Part shown: positions 49,393-63,200 of the stretch, piece after piece
Position numbering within the stretch: the stretch's first letter is position 1
Layout of the letters: every line of letters starts with the position of its first letter
Origin: Azolla caroliniana
Lineage: Eukaryota; Plantae; Polypodiophyta
Reading direction: 5' to 3'
Assembly: GCA_043228905.1 (NCBI GenBank)
Contig: JBHGNT010000014.1
Coordinates: 868,001 to 932,000, forward strand
Length of the DNA: 64,000 nt
Program-made: the position numbers and the translations under genes
The notes under the pieces: model-generated
Database searches by the model: none
The model's input: only the letters and a program-made list of their open reading frames with translations
Told to the model about the DNA's origin: nothing

Positions 49393-51354
49393 AAGTTAAT
49401 TGTCATTTAAAGATGTCAACCAAGTTATATTGACAACATCTTTGAAGCTTTTAGGATCTTTATCATGCCCTATCCAATGATAGTGTGAATTTGGAATGTC
49501 ATTAAGGAAACAAACAATATTTATGTAAGTACAATCTCGACAATATCTTCAAAGGTTCTAGGATCCTGATCATTCACTATCCAATGATAATTCAAATTTG
49601 GGTCAATGTCAACTAAGATACATGTCAATCCTCTTCCTCAAGTCTCAATTTTTCAATTTGCCTTAGTGTATGATGAATGTAATCCTCAAGAGAGCGAAAT
49701 GACTTACTATATAGATTCATTAGGTTTTGAGTTTCTTCACTTTTGAGAAGGTGGTTGTCGAAATTGTCATTGAAAGATGTCAACAAGGTTATCCCATGTA
49801 TTGAGCATTTGCTTTACAGTTCGAGAATTATGCCACCAAGCGATCGCTTTCCCATCTAACTCAGAGCAATGTAGGTTATTTTAGTACTATCATGCTTAGG
49901 ATGAATCTCAAGATGAGACTCCCAAAGACTTAGCCAAATGAAAATGCTTCATCTGTTTTTTCTTTCTTTCTTTTCTCTTTGAAGTGACTTTATAACAAAT
50001 GAAGGTTCAACATGTTGGTCATTCTTTGTCTCGCCGTCCGTTCGCATATTAATACCACAAGCTTCGAGAATATGATAAAATTTCCAAAATTCCAAAATCT
50101 CATGTAAAGTCATATTGATGGAGTCTTGTCATTGATGGAAATAATTTCGAACAAGACAATGGATCAAGTAGGGTGTGGGGTCAACTCCTTTTGCGAAGGT
50201 CCCGCTAGCTTTTTCGTTCAAAGTTTGAACCATGAATAAACAATTGAGAATTTGGCAATTGTCAATAATTTATCTAAGGATATACATTATAAAATTGAAA
50301 ATAATGAAAAAATATGTGTCTTAATAATTAACTAATGGTGAAATAAATAAGAAAACATCTCACATCAATAAGCCCATAAACATATAAGATGGTGATCAAG
50401 GTCATGTTATTGCACAACGACACGAGGTGACATAACATTCAATGTCTTCCCCTAATCTCTATCTTGTTGATGCATGGCGGCTCCCCGAGGCTCAACCATG
50501 TGTATTCACCATAAAATTATGTGTGGATTGTATTGGTGAAAATAACGTAAATTTGTATTGTTACCTAGCCTATGTTGCATATTATATGTATATGTGCGTC
50601 AATACACGTGTGACATGTAAACAACTTACATATGGATGCATGTATTTGTCTAAAGTCTCTTTGAAATATATACATAATTTTCTTTGTTATTATACACACT
50701 TTTGTTGTACGATCAATATTATATAACAATTTTGAAATATGTTGGTGGTTGACATTAGGTCTGTTATTAATGAGGTCGTGAGATTAAACACCACTTAACC
50801 AAGGGCCATGACTCAAATCAAGGCATAATCACATGTAAAACGATAACAATGTATGATTGTATGTACGCGCACAATATTTAACTTATAAGAACGTTAATAA
50901 AGATTAGTTCAAGATTGAAAATGTTGGGTTTATGATCAAATAAAAAATTAAAATCATAATCAAATCATCGATTAAGTAAAAAATCTAGTATTAAAATTGT
51001 AATGGTTGATTAATAAAATTCGTCCAAAGATATGTAACAATCAATGAAAATAATGTATATTCACATATAGATAAGATAACATTTGATAATAACGTTTATA
51101 TCAAGATATTGATTAAATGTTGAGATATCAAATGTATATTAATGTTAAATTAGATTGTTGTTGAGTTATTATCATTGAATAGTTGATGGCTCAAAAGATT
51201 AAACAAAAAGGACAACCAACAACATACCTCGATCATTTATGATGATCTCTCTACGCAAGCCTTGGCTTATCGACAAACGTCTCAAGCAAATAGGAACACA
51301 TCTCCACTAATTCCCAAAACACATGAATGTCTCATTAATCTTTTCATACAGAAC

Positions 51355-51425
51355 AAAAGAGAAAGAAAGAAAGATATATTAACGTCTTCTAAGAGGTCAA
51401 AATGGCCTATAAGACCAAACAAGAG
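51355..51425 (-). mobile_element. Isolated RTE-X-type 3' terminus (tiny LINE end or SINE tail)
   Basis: Reverse complement GGTCTTATAGGCCATTTTGACCTCTTAGAAGACGTTAATATATCTTTCTTTC matches the tail at 5266-5325. Confidence 0.7.
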
Positions 51426-51515
51426 ATTACATCTTAAGTGTTGTCTCGTCTTTGAGAACAACAAATTAAAATAAAATAAATATTACTCCGTAAATATAAA
51501 AGTATTTATCATGGC

Positions 51516-51607
51516 TCTGATATTAGACATAATTTGCAGGAACATCCAGTGGTCCTTGTGAGAGAGGCGAAAGGGTCAAAGAGTTACCCGGTGTGTGGTA
51601 TCACGTC
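51516..51607 (+). pseudogene. rps12: Organelle-derived (plastid-type) rps12 fragment
   Basis: IRHNLQEHPVVLVR/RGERVKELPGVWYHV versus canonical [28 protein letters not shown]; 2-bp frameshift at ~51561. Confidence 0.75.
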
Positions 51608-52142
51608 AACAAGCCATTCAAGAGGGAGACTCATAAAATTCAGAAGCTCAGTTCAATGAAGCCGCCAATTATCAGAGACAAGCAGTAGCACTTTCCCTTT
51701 GTAATTACATTGAAGCACATAATCAGCTGAAGATTACAAGGCGTTCTCTCCTAAGTGAGTGAGGGATGCACGAGCTAATTTTTTTTTTAAAGAAAAGATA
51801 CTACATTAGTATTAAGAAACATCCTAAGGTTGTACATGAAATGCCTACATATAGCTAATTGCGCCCTTTTTTATCAAGGTTAAGTTCTAACTATCGACTT
51901 AAATCAATACTTTGATATAGAGTAAAACCACTCCACCTTGTCAAAAAAACACCTATAAAATATTCCTTTGTCCCATGTGGCATGAAACTCTAATCATTGT
52001 AACTCTACCTAGTGAGTATTACCCTTTATGTTATCCAAAGAACCTCCTTGATTGTACACAATCTCTAAACAAATCCTGGTAATAGTCTAAGCAGGTCTTC
52101 CCATCATATTTTGGAATACCTTCAAGCACATGTTCTTCTAAC

Positions 52143-52519
52143 TATACCAAATCGTGGATCAAGCTAATTATGAGCATACTTATAAGAGATTAAAGAAAAG
52201 AATGGATTGAAGATGCTTATACACATTGACCATCATTGAGAGAAGGACATAAGACACAAAATACTATCAATGTCCCATGCCATTGAATATTAACTTATGT
52301 TGAAACCTTAGTAGTTGAATAACAAATCCGAATAAGAGAGCTTAGCCTCACCCAAAGGGTCTTGACAACATCTTAAGATGTCATCATAAAAGGGGGGTAG
52401 TTAGTCCCCTTTATATAACCCAAAATCTAAGTCTCCTAGACATGCACACGTGTCATAGATCCTTATGAGTTTATCCCAATTCCTACGATAACTAGTTTCC
52501 CAACTATGCTACCCTTTAA
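52143..52519. repeat. Degenerate solo-LTR-like copy related to ~45050-45404
   Basis: Collinear blocks AATGGATTGA..TGTCCCAT..AATAAGAGAG..GTTTCCCAACTAT..CCATCAAAA..AGCTATA occur in both. Confidence 0.55.
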
Positions 52520-55360
52520 TCCATCAAAACTAGCTATAGTGTTTTTCCTTAAGGTTTTGCCTATAACACACCCAACACAAATGTTAAAGTCAAAGGACAC
52601 GAACAACAAGTATTGGATGCAATGCTAGTGTTAGAGATGATTGATTGAACTATTACACTCTTGATTATGGAACTAAAGAGACCAATGTTTTGGCATCTTT
52701 CTAAATGAGCCCCAACTCGGTGTCCCACCCAAAGAGGATAGATTTGACGTAGTTACAAAATATTCTACAAAGTACATGGACAACCATATGGATGGACGAG
52801 TTACCAAACTTGATCTAATTCTTTCATCTCCACATAGAAATCATTGTCGTTTTGAGGAAATCTGGGCAAAAGACTATTCTTTGAAGTGTGGGAAACCATT
52901 AGTATTGTAATGGTGTTTCAAACTAGAAGTTGCCAAAATGCTTGATTCATAATTGATGTCACTTTAACCATATTAATAAAGGTATGAAATTTGACACCAT
53001 TCTCCTGACATCACTTAATGACTTTGTTTAACATTACATGTTATGCAGAAGCAAGTCCAAAAGATCCTCACTTGAGGTTCTTATTAGCATTATGCACCCG
53101 CAAGTTTCTAAAATGGAAAGATAAGGTATATAGGGAGAATGTCTTCTAACGACCTTTTTCTAAATTTTTCTGAAATGCTTTCAAAAGCGACATGTGTAGC
53201 TATATTTGAAATGTTTGGAAACACTCCATTTTTGCATATAAGTCTAGGGCTCAAGAACTTAAACCATTATATTGTATATAGCCTAGCATAAGGCAACTCC
53301 ATGCATATGTACATCAAGATGATTGAATCTACATGTGTTTTGGTTTGAAATGGTAGAAAAGAACATGATGTGCATCAGTGAAGCTACCCCATTCTACAAA
53401 ACTTTGTACTTTATATTGTTTCCTATGATTGTATGTGTTTCAATGACATAATTACATACCTAGGTAATGTCAAATTCTTGCGGCGCTACAAATCTTACTT
53501 CACTCCATGTCTGCAAGATATGAATGAGAATGTATATTGATGGAACGATTGTCCATTTGTACTAACATTGAAGAAAATTTGAAGGAGATAAATGAAGCTT
53601 TGTTCTTAGCATTGAGTGTCAATGAAAACACAACATGTTGAATTCACCAACTAGCCCAAGGTCAAGGAAATAAGTATGTGGGTCACTTTGACACTATATA
53701 GGTGGAAAAATCCACAAAGAAACTTGGGTCCCAATCACCCGATGTTTGATACAAAAATAAAAGAAAACAAAACTTTTTGGTGAAGTGACCCATTATGTGT
53801 TTGGGCAAAAGCCGTAAGATTGAACGGATCGAATGCCACATTGCACATTAAGGTTTGCTTAACAATAATGGTACATGCGTCATGGATATTATATATATTA
53901 TATATCTATCTCCCTATTATAAAGTTAGGTACGTAGTATGCATACATATTATTCCATAAAGGTATTTGCATAGTGGACAACACCTAGTACTCAATCCATT
54001 TGTTCTATAGTGTGTTCAACCAAAAGTCATAAGATTGAACACCATCTGCCGCACTAAATCATCGTTTGCTTGACCATAATGGTACGTGGATGTATGTGTA
54101 TATACATTAAAAAATGTAGCACGCACTATTTGTATGCTTGCATGCAACACACATATTTTAGTTATATCTTCCCCCATAGAGAAAGTTTTGGCACTAGCAT
54201 TCCCATCCTATATTCTAGTGTTCTAGAATATGTTTACGCATCAAGACAAAAATCGAAGCAGATGTTTTTAATGTTTACAGCAAATGCAAATGGCCAAACA
54301 ACGAAACAATGTGTAATTTAAATGTCTACAAAAAAATGCAGAACGGGTGCTTACAAAATATTCATTTGATATTTTTAAGTTCAAGACAAGGATTCACACA
54401 TGGTTCGTTAACAACGCCAAGAGATACTACTCTCGAATCGAAGAGCTGATTCTGAGCTTACGAAGAGGTCTGGTGCGGTTATTCGTACACGTCGGGCCCA
54501 AGCATAAGATTGTGAGCCTTCCTAGAGGGATAAAGGGCAGGCATGCATAGGGGGATCAGATCGATGAGCCAACATCCTGGGGAGCAGGGGCGGCCAGGGT
54601 CCAAGGCTAAGAAGAACAAGAACCAAAGGTACAGACTTGTAGAGAGTTTTGTACGACTGGGCTATAAACTATTTTGGCAAGCGAGCTGCCATTCAGGGCA
54701 TAAGTTGTATACATAATGGCAGGGGCTAACTAACTGTAGCTATCTATCTGGGCGCCGAAAGGGCTCTTCTCTGCCGCCCATTGCGCCCGAGCTTGTTAGC
54801 GGTTTTATGTGTGTTTACGGAAGAAGAAGAAGAAGAAGCTTCGATGAAGCCATCGTGACGGGTTCGATACTCCCTGGGGATTTCTATATGTACATACATT
54901 TTTCCTAATTATAATAAATTCATAGAAGAAGAAGAAGAAGAAGAAAAGGAAGAACTAAAAAAGGAAGAAGAAGAAGAAGGAAGGAAAGAAAGAAAACATA
55001 AAAGAAAAGGGGGAATCATATCCAAGAGTTAGTGATGAGTCAAAAAAGCTGAGGCTATGGAGCTTCTCCCCTTCTAAACCCTAATTCTCTCCATTCTCTG
55101 CTGCTTTACTCAGAAAAAGGAGAAGAACCCAGTGACCCTTTCATTCACTGGCGACAGCTAAAGTATCCAGCAAGAAGGGGGGGGGAAACTCACAGGGGAA
55201 ACCCGGAAATCCCGCCATATCTATGGCAATGATGCCCTGTTCCCCTCTGAGAAGTCCCTCATTTTTCTTCATATGAAAAGGGTTTTGAGGAGGTATCCGT
55301 ATTCCAGATGGAGTGATGTTGCAGAGAAAAATAGCCCGGATGCTCTAAGAAACCCTAGCT

Positions 55361-58300
55361 ATGGCAGAAGACATTTTCCAAAGGAGAATTGATCCCTATT
55401 CTTCGTCTTCGTCTTCATCTTCACCTTCATCTTCGTCATTGCCTTCACAAATTCGTTGTTTACCGGAGGCAGTACTGGGTCACATATTTGGATTCATCGA
55501 AGAAGCATGTGATAGAAGCTCTATCTCCCTGGTATGCAAAGAGTGGTATTCGGTCGACAGGAAAACCAGAAAATCCGTCACCATTGCATCTTGTTACTCA
55601 ATAAAACCCAGCCGCCTCACAAACCGATTTGAGTCTCTCGCGGCCGTCAAGATCAAAGGCAAACCAAGGGCTACAATGTTCCGTCTTTGTCCAGACGATT
55701 GGGGTGGTCATGCTGAACCATGGATCTCTGAGATCTCCAAACATTGCTCATCCATCGTGTCTGTCCACCTTCGTCGGATGATCGTCACTGACAAAGATCT
55801 CACATCTCTTTCAGCACGACCTGGCAACCTACTCCAAGTTCTTAAGCTTGAGAAATGCAGTGGATTTTCGACCCGCGGCCTTGAAGCCATTGCGAGGTCT
55901 TGCGGGTAAGCTTCTCTTTCTACGTCTCGTGTTTCAGTTTGAAAATTCAGAAGCACTATGCTATTCTTTTGGAAAATCGGAGCTTTGTGGTCATTGAATT
56001 GGGTGTAAGTGTTGGACTCACAGTTCATTTTGATGGGCCAAAATTATGTTCGTAATATGGGTCTCATAGTTAATTCTGGCCTTGTTTGTAACTTTTGTTG
56101 AAAATGTCACTTTGGCATGTAAAAAGATGCTTGTAACTTTGGTCTTATTAGTCAATTATATCTTTGGTCTTATAGATAATTTTGGTTCATAACTTTGACC
56201 TCATAGATCATTCAGGAGAAACATGTTGATGGCTGTCACTTTGCTCTCGTACGACAATTTTCTTTCATCTCTGGTCTCATAGGTCAATTTGAGGCTGCAA
56301 GATGGCGATTGTAACTTTGTTCTCTATCTCATTTTAGACCAAAAGATGGGTGGGTGTAACCTTAGCCTCATAGCTCATTTTGGTCATTTGCATGCCTTAA
56401 CATCACTTTTTCTTTCAGTTCAATTCAGTCTCACAGATATGTCATGCACATACTCACAGAGGCATATCTCATTTTGGTCTTTTGTAAGCCATCATATTAT
56501 ATTTCATTTCATTTGTATCTGTCTCACGCATGCTTAGTGCACCTAACTTAGCAAACAAGAAATGGGGGAGTGAGTAGTTCGTGTGAATCACTTCTTATGA
56601 AAGATGAGTAATGTGAATCCATACGAGAGAAGGCATGAATACTCATTGAAGAAAAAAAACCAACCGTAAAAGGAGGGTGAAGGATCTCATGGTTATATGG
56701 GCGATATCTAATACATGTATGATGAGGTATCCAAAACCCTCATGACTAGTATTGGGTACCAGAACAAGTTTTGAGCATAAATAGTGAGATTGCAGTTAAA
56801 AGCTTCCTGCTTAGCATTTCCCAATATATTAGAAAGCTTCCATGTCTTCGTAAAGAACCAAAAGGGACATGGTCATTCATGTGGTCAAAGTCTGGTTCCT
56901 GAACTTCTAGTCTCTCTCTCTGTGCTATGTATGTATGTGTGTGTGAGTATGTGTATGTTAATATACATGCATGCATACAAACATACACATACTCACATAC
57001 TCACACACACATACATACATCCATACATATATGTAGGGATATTATACATGGACATAACATGATAAAAACTAAGAGCTTCTTTCTACGAAAAGAGAAGATA
57101 AAATCAATGAATTGTATGTGAACTATGATAAGATGTCCATGAAATTTGCAATGTGAGCTCTTTGATGAGCCCTTTTTTTCCAGATCATTGAAGGTCCTTT
57201 TTCTAGAGGAGAGCGTTATTCAGAATGAGGGCAATGCATGGCTGCGTGAGCTTTCTCTCCACAATACATCCTTAGAAGTCTTAAATATCACAGGAACAGG
57301 CCTGGAAAATGTTGACATTGCCAATCTATCAAAAATAGCAACAAATTGCAAATCCTTGATTTCGTTGAAACTAAATGAACTGGAAGTAGAAGAGCTAAGT
57401 GAAGTTCTCAATAAAACTACAACGCTTAAAGAGCTTGGTGGAATTTGTGTGGGTAACTTTAATCCTGCTGATCAGCCCATGACAAGTTTTAAATTGCCAG
57501 CTGGCATTACGTCACTGGTTGGCCTCTACTATTTTGGCGTTAACGAAGGTGATGAATATGTGAACTCACTCATTCGACCCATTGCACCAGGTTTAAGGAA
57601 GTTAGATCTTCAATATTCATGTCTTAGCATAGATGGCCATTGCCAGCTCTTGGAACATTGTGCAAACCTTGAAGCTTTAGAGGTAAAAACAAACTTTTTC
57701 ATTGCACATCATCAAATTTTCGGTTAGGGAAAACACCAAAGTACCCCAAATTTTTGGGATATTTACAAGAATACCCCTAAGTTTTCAAAAGTTACCAGAA
57801 TACCCCCGTTGTCGCAGTAAATTTTAGCCTGCAGAGGGATATTCTGCCTATTGTTCCTGAAAACTTAGGGGTATTGAGGTAAAGATCGAAAAACACATTA
57901 GGGGTATTTTATTGTTTTACCGTCTCATTAATATGACTTCTTAATGTATGATTTGATCAATGTTTATCTTTATTTATTCAGTATGCAAACCAACATTATC
58001 TTACAGGTTTTCAACGCCATTGGTGACGAGGGTCTCGAGGTTATAGCAAAAAATTGTAAGAACTTACGTTGGCTCCGTGTGGAGCGTGGTGATAGAGATG
58101 TTCAACAAGGTTTCATAACTCAAAGGGGGCTCATATCCATTGCTCTTAATTGTCACCGACTGAAGTACATAGCAGCATATATAACTGACATAAACAATGC
58201 CGCCCTCACAACAATTGCAAACAACTGTCAGCAGTTGAAAGATTTCCGCTTGGTGCTTCTAGATGAAGACAACGATGTGTCTGAATATCCTCTTGATGAG

Positions 58301-58771
58301 GGGGTTAAGGCGTTGATGGAAAGATGTGTAGATCTGAATCGTCTTGGTCTTTATCTAAGACCAGGGTTCTTAACTGACAAAGGGATGGAAGATATTGGTA
58401 TCTATGGTAAAAACCTCAGCTGGGTTCTTTTTGGTTTGCTTGGAGAAACTGATAATGGCCTAAAGCTTTTCGCAAATGGATGCCCCAACCTTAGGAGGCT
58501 TGAAATACGGGATTGTGTGTTTACTGAGGCTGCAATTACAGAGTCTATTTTGAAGATGAAGAATCTGAAATATGTCTGGATCCAAGGCTACAAAGCAACT
58601 GGAAATGGGCATGATTTGTTGCCTTTAACACGTGATTTCTGGAATGTAGAATTATTACAAGATCCTGATGCAATGGGAGAAGAGTCTGATGCTCCACCAC
58701 AATTCCTAGCATATCGCTGCCTTACCGGAAAAAGGACCAACGTGTCAAGCTCTGTGACATGTCTTGGCTAA
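55361..58771 (+). CDS. COI1: Coronatine-insensitive 1-like F-box/LRR jasmonate co-receptor; exons 55361-55905, 57184-57682, 58007-58771 (602 aa)
   Basis: F-box (LPEAVLGHIF..SLVCKEW) and COI1-type loop KGKPRATMF..DWGG (not TIR1 KGKPHFADF); LRRM, LRVERG, DFRLVLLD, LYLR, LEIRDC, YVWIQGY. GT-AG introns give 1809 nt in frame. Confidence 0.93.
57727..57921. mobile_element. Foldback MITE (Mutator-like) in COI1 intron 2
   Basis: Long imperfect inverted repeats: GGGAAAACACCAAAGTACCCC / GGGGTATTTTATTGTTTTACC and AATACCCCTAAGTTTTCA / TGAAAACTTAGGGGTATT. TSD not clear. Confidence 0.7.
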
Positions 58772-60244
58772 GTCTTTAGGCAATCATATCACAGTATCCT
58801 TCATGTTTTTAGAAGCCAACCAGCATTATGACACAGAATTTGGCAGCCTTAATTGGTGTTAACAATGTATAACTACCTGTAATTGCAGTCTGTAGTCAAC
58901 CTCACCTCGAAAATTATGAGCCTGGTGAAAGTACCCTATGCGATAGTCCAAGTATGTTAGATAGATGTCAAGCTCTAGGCAGAATTGTAAACTTTATTTA
59001 TCCACCTTATTTTTCCAAATTTCTCTCATCAAGCCTTGTCATAAGGCAGAGTTGTAACATTAGTATTAACAGCTCATTTTTCTAAGTATTTCCCTATTTG
59101 AAAATTATCATGAACATTGGTTCACCTTTATATGGTGCTCTTATATATTTAATGTCAGCCTTTCAAAACGTGTCTCGGCTATAAAGCTGTACAGGTTCTA
59201 CCTATGGTCCACAATTTAGGATTGACTAACCCACGTCCAACTGCAGTTTACAAGTACAACAACAGGTGAGATCCCTCCAAGTAGGAATTATAAATCTAGG
59301 CATGTGCCTCAAAAGGAAGGTTATGGGCAATGTATAGAAAGAAACAAGTTTATAACATTGAGGTGGATAAGTTGCCATAATAAATAGCCTCTGTTGAAAC
59401 AAATAGTTGAAATCTGTGAAGTTCTATGATAAATAGCCTATCGATGCCACATGGATCCTGGCATGACTAATATAATTTCTATCATTAATGCCCTGTAGGG
59501 TGTTCATATGATTCGGTTACAAACAAACACCATTACATGCTTATTTGCATTGTGTTCATCCAGTCTCAGACTTGGGGTCCTTCGTAAATGTCTTATCTAT
59601 AGAATTAAAAGATGATATTATGTATGCTTCACTCTACATTAATGACTGAAAATTTCTATCACTAATGCCCAATGTTGTACTCTTATATGATTTGGTGGCT
59701 AGCAAACACTGTCTTTGCACACATTTGGACTGTGTTGATCCTATCTCAGACTTGGGAGTCCTTTGCAATGTCATATCCATATGGTCAAGAGATGTTATGT
59801 AAGATTCATTTTACATTAATGGTTTCAATGTTTTCACCTCCAAAGAGAACAGAAAGATGGTATTGCTCAATTAATATCCCAGCATCTACTTTAATAATTG
59901 ATGTAGATTTGCCAAAATTCTCAGTGTGATGCAATAAATTTGTTTGTATTAAAAAAGAACAATTTTCTTCAATAATTTGCCCACCATCTATTTTAGAGAT
60001 GGATATGGATATTCCAAATTCTTAACGTTCACATCTGATTACAATTAACCATATGGTCATGTTAAAAGAATCTTTCAATTATGCTCAAAGCGACATTGAT
60101 AGGAGGGCATGTTAGATGGAACAATACAATGACGCAGCACTTGCTCCTGAGTCCTGATCGATGCATTTCTACTTTCACATCAACTAATAATTTGGAACTT
60201 CTACCATGCTTGTTCAGATACTCACAACCTTACATGAGGTTGGA

Positions 60245-63200
60245 TTACTGAGACTTTGGTCCTTTACGGAAGCTTGAGACTCTGTCCTGAGCTTTCCGTC
60301 TTTCCCATAAATGTTTACGATTATTCATTCTGGTGGTAGGGATGTATTGTTTTCTTTGGAGGCCTAAGACAGCCTGCATGTTCCTTTGTGCTCTTACTTC
60401 AAGTTTTTCATCTAATATGAACCTAAGTTTTCTATATGTGAGTTCATCAGGTAGTTGATTCTCCATGCACATCTCTTCATGGTATTTGAATGCAGTTGAG
60501 AAGTCACGTACGCGAAAAAGAGAGTATATGAGTGTCGTGTAGGTAAAGGAATCAGGATGGAGACCTTTCTCTCGCATCTCTTTCAAAACTTCAGGTAATT
60601 TTGAATGTCGAAAACCTCGAGCATATGCATTGATGAGCATATTGTAAGTCTTCCTATCTGGCTTATAACCAATTTTATTGAACTCATACATCACATCCCT
60701 TGCTTCAGCATAACATCCTTGTTTTGCAAAGGCATCCATTAGCACATTAAACGTAACCCGTGTGCCAATACACTTATGGTGTCGCATCTCTTTCCAGATA
60801 CGCTTTACATTGTCCACATCGCCCGCTTGCCTATATCCATGTAACAAAGAAGTATATATCTCTACAGTGGGAATAAACCCTTCCCGGAGCATATTTTGGA
60901 ATGTATATTCTGCTTTCTTATGCCACCCACTCTCAGCGAAGGCATGGATAAGAGCCGAATATGATACTATATTCGGAGAGACTCCATTCTTTTTCATTCG
61001 TAAAAAAGTGGCTGATGCTTTTTCACTGAGGGCACGCCTTCCATAAGCAGTCATCAATGTTGTATATGACTGCACAGTCGGCTTAAGACCTTTCTCAAAC
61101 ATCTCTTCCAGTATAGCTTCTGCAGTTTCAAATTGTCCTTGGTTTGCATAGGCAGCAATCAAGGAATTGTACGTAACCACCGACATTTGGACCCCTTTTG
61201 CTTTCATTTCTGAAATCAGTCCTTCAGCCTCCTCCAGCATGAATGCTTTTCCGAATGAATCTATCATTATGTTATATATGGTAACGTTCGGGATCAAATT
61301 CCTCCTTTCCATTTCTGCCATCAACTTGAGGCCTTCTTCTAACATCCCCCTTTGACAAAATGCTTTAATAAGTACCCCAAATACCTCATGCCCAGCAAAA
61401 ACATTCTGTTCTTCCATGTCACAAAAGATCCTCCAGATAGTTTCTACATCAAGACCTCTCTGATGAGCCAAATTTATCAAAATACAGGAAGTGACGCTAT
61501 CCGGTTCAATTTGTTTTTTGGACATCTCTCGAAAAACCTCCTCAGCGTCATCAAACCTGTAATTTATATTTGATGAGCCAAACTTAAGCTGACACTAAAT
61601 AGGATAAAATATAGTGACTAAAGATGAAATACCTTCGATGTTTTGAAAGGGCAGACAACAAAGCATTGAAGACTTGCACAGAGAGCAACTCATTGCAATC
61701 TTTTAAATTTTCAAACAGCACAATAGCTCTATCCACCATATTTGCTTCCCCTAACATTGTGAAAATTGTGCATAAACTTCTAGGATCAAGCAAGCTGGGT
61801 GTGTGAAGTCGCATCCACTCAAAACAAGAGAGGGCAGGCCAATAAAGGCCCTCCTTCATAAGCCTATAAAGTATGGCATTTCCACAAATCACATCTATTC
61901 GGCCATAGAAGTCATCTAATTTTTCTTGCAATGTCACATTTTTTGGCAGACCTTTAGCAATGCCGAGAACATTGTTTATAGTTTCACCATATGATTCTTC
62001 AGAAAGAGTTGGAGCTTTAGCATTGCTTTCTTCTTCATACTGCCAAAGTTTTTCCCATGAACGAGATACCCCATGTCTATTCAGATGTGTTCTTCTGTTA
62101 ATGACATTGTTCCGACTAAATGTATTGTTTGTACAAGCCCTCCCAACGCTACTTGCTTCCCTGAGTTCATCAGACGCTGCTTTGAGCATGTTTGTGGATG
62201 GCCAACCTGAAGTGGAAGGAAAGTTCTCCATGATGAGGATATCAGCATTTTCTTCTTCTAATTTGGCAAGGTCTAATACAGAAGTGTAGAGTTGAGTATG
62301 ATCTCTGCCCTCATTTGGTGTGAATCCAATGTGATTAGCAGAAGTTTCACTCTCTTCAATACCCAAATTAGTATCGCTTGAATTTCCATTCAGTGTGAAA
62401 CTGTGGTTAGTAGCACACTTCCCTTCTTGGATGCCTGAATTAGTATCTCTCAAATCTAATTCCTGTTCGAAACTCAAGAGAGCATCATCTTGTGCAGTAA
62501 CCAATCCAGACTCATACTTGTCCTCTCTAAAAAGCCTCATTCTGTAATGACCTGAATCCTCCCCTGCATCATAACACTCATATATAGTCATTTATTTTCA
62601 AGTAACATTTTGAGGGCCTATTTCTAAGCAAAAGGCATTAAGATGATCGTCTTTCCTTACACAACATGAGACGTCCCTTGCATTAAAAAAATTCATTTCT
62701 ATCTTTTTTATAGCAATGGAAGCATCAGTTTAAGGATCAAACACCATGTAAAATGCATTAACATGAACCATATTCCAGTATATGGCATGAGACTTGCTCT
62801 GCATCAGAGAACTCATTTGTGCTCATCTTTCCAGGAATGCAGGAATCAATTTTAGGACGCTTTTCCATGTAAAATGCATCCATATGAATATATTCTGCCA
62901 TATGATATGAGACGACCGGTGCACCCAAACATCCATTTCCAGTCATATCTGCTTCACTAAAAGTGTCATTTTTAATGACCAATCTTTATGTGAAAGTGCA
63001 TAGATATGACAAAGTTCTATTGTGGATCAAAACATTCATTCCTATTCATCTTACCCTTACTGGAATTCCCACCCGAGTCCTGACCCATTTCCAAGAAAAC
63101 AATGCATAGATATGAACATATTCTACGATATGCGTAACACCAGCACTCGTTCTAGTCATCTTAAATGCAAAGATATGCAAATTTCCTCCGCTGTCTAAAT

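Noticed and set aside
52600-53700. Possible degenerate retroelement coding remnant (QEFDI-like on -)
   Set aside because: Too decayed to support by eye; needs a translated profile search.
53904-54230. Possible non-autonomous Helitron (TC start, CTAG ends)
   Set aside because: No convincing subterminal hairpin and no second copy to define boundaries.
54855-54880. B-box-like GGTTCGATAC suggesting a tRNA or SINE
   Set aside because: No cloverleaf or properly spaced A-box is visible.
55361-58771. TIR1/AFB auxin receptor identity
   Set aside because: The loop reads KGKPRATMF (COI1 type), not KGKPHFADF.
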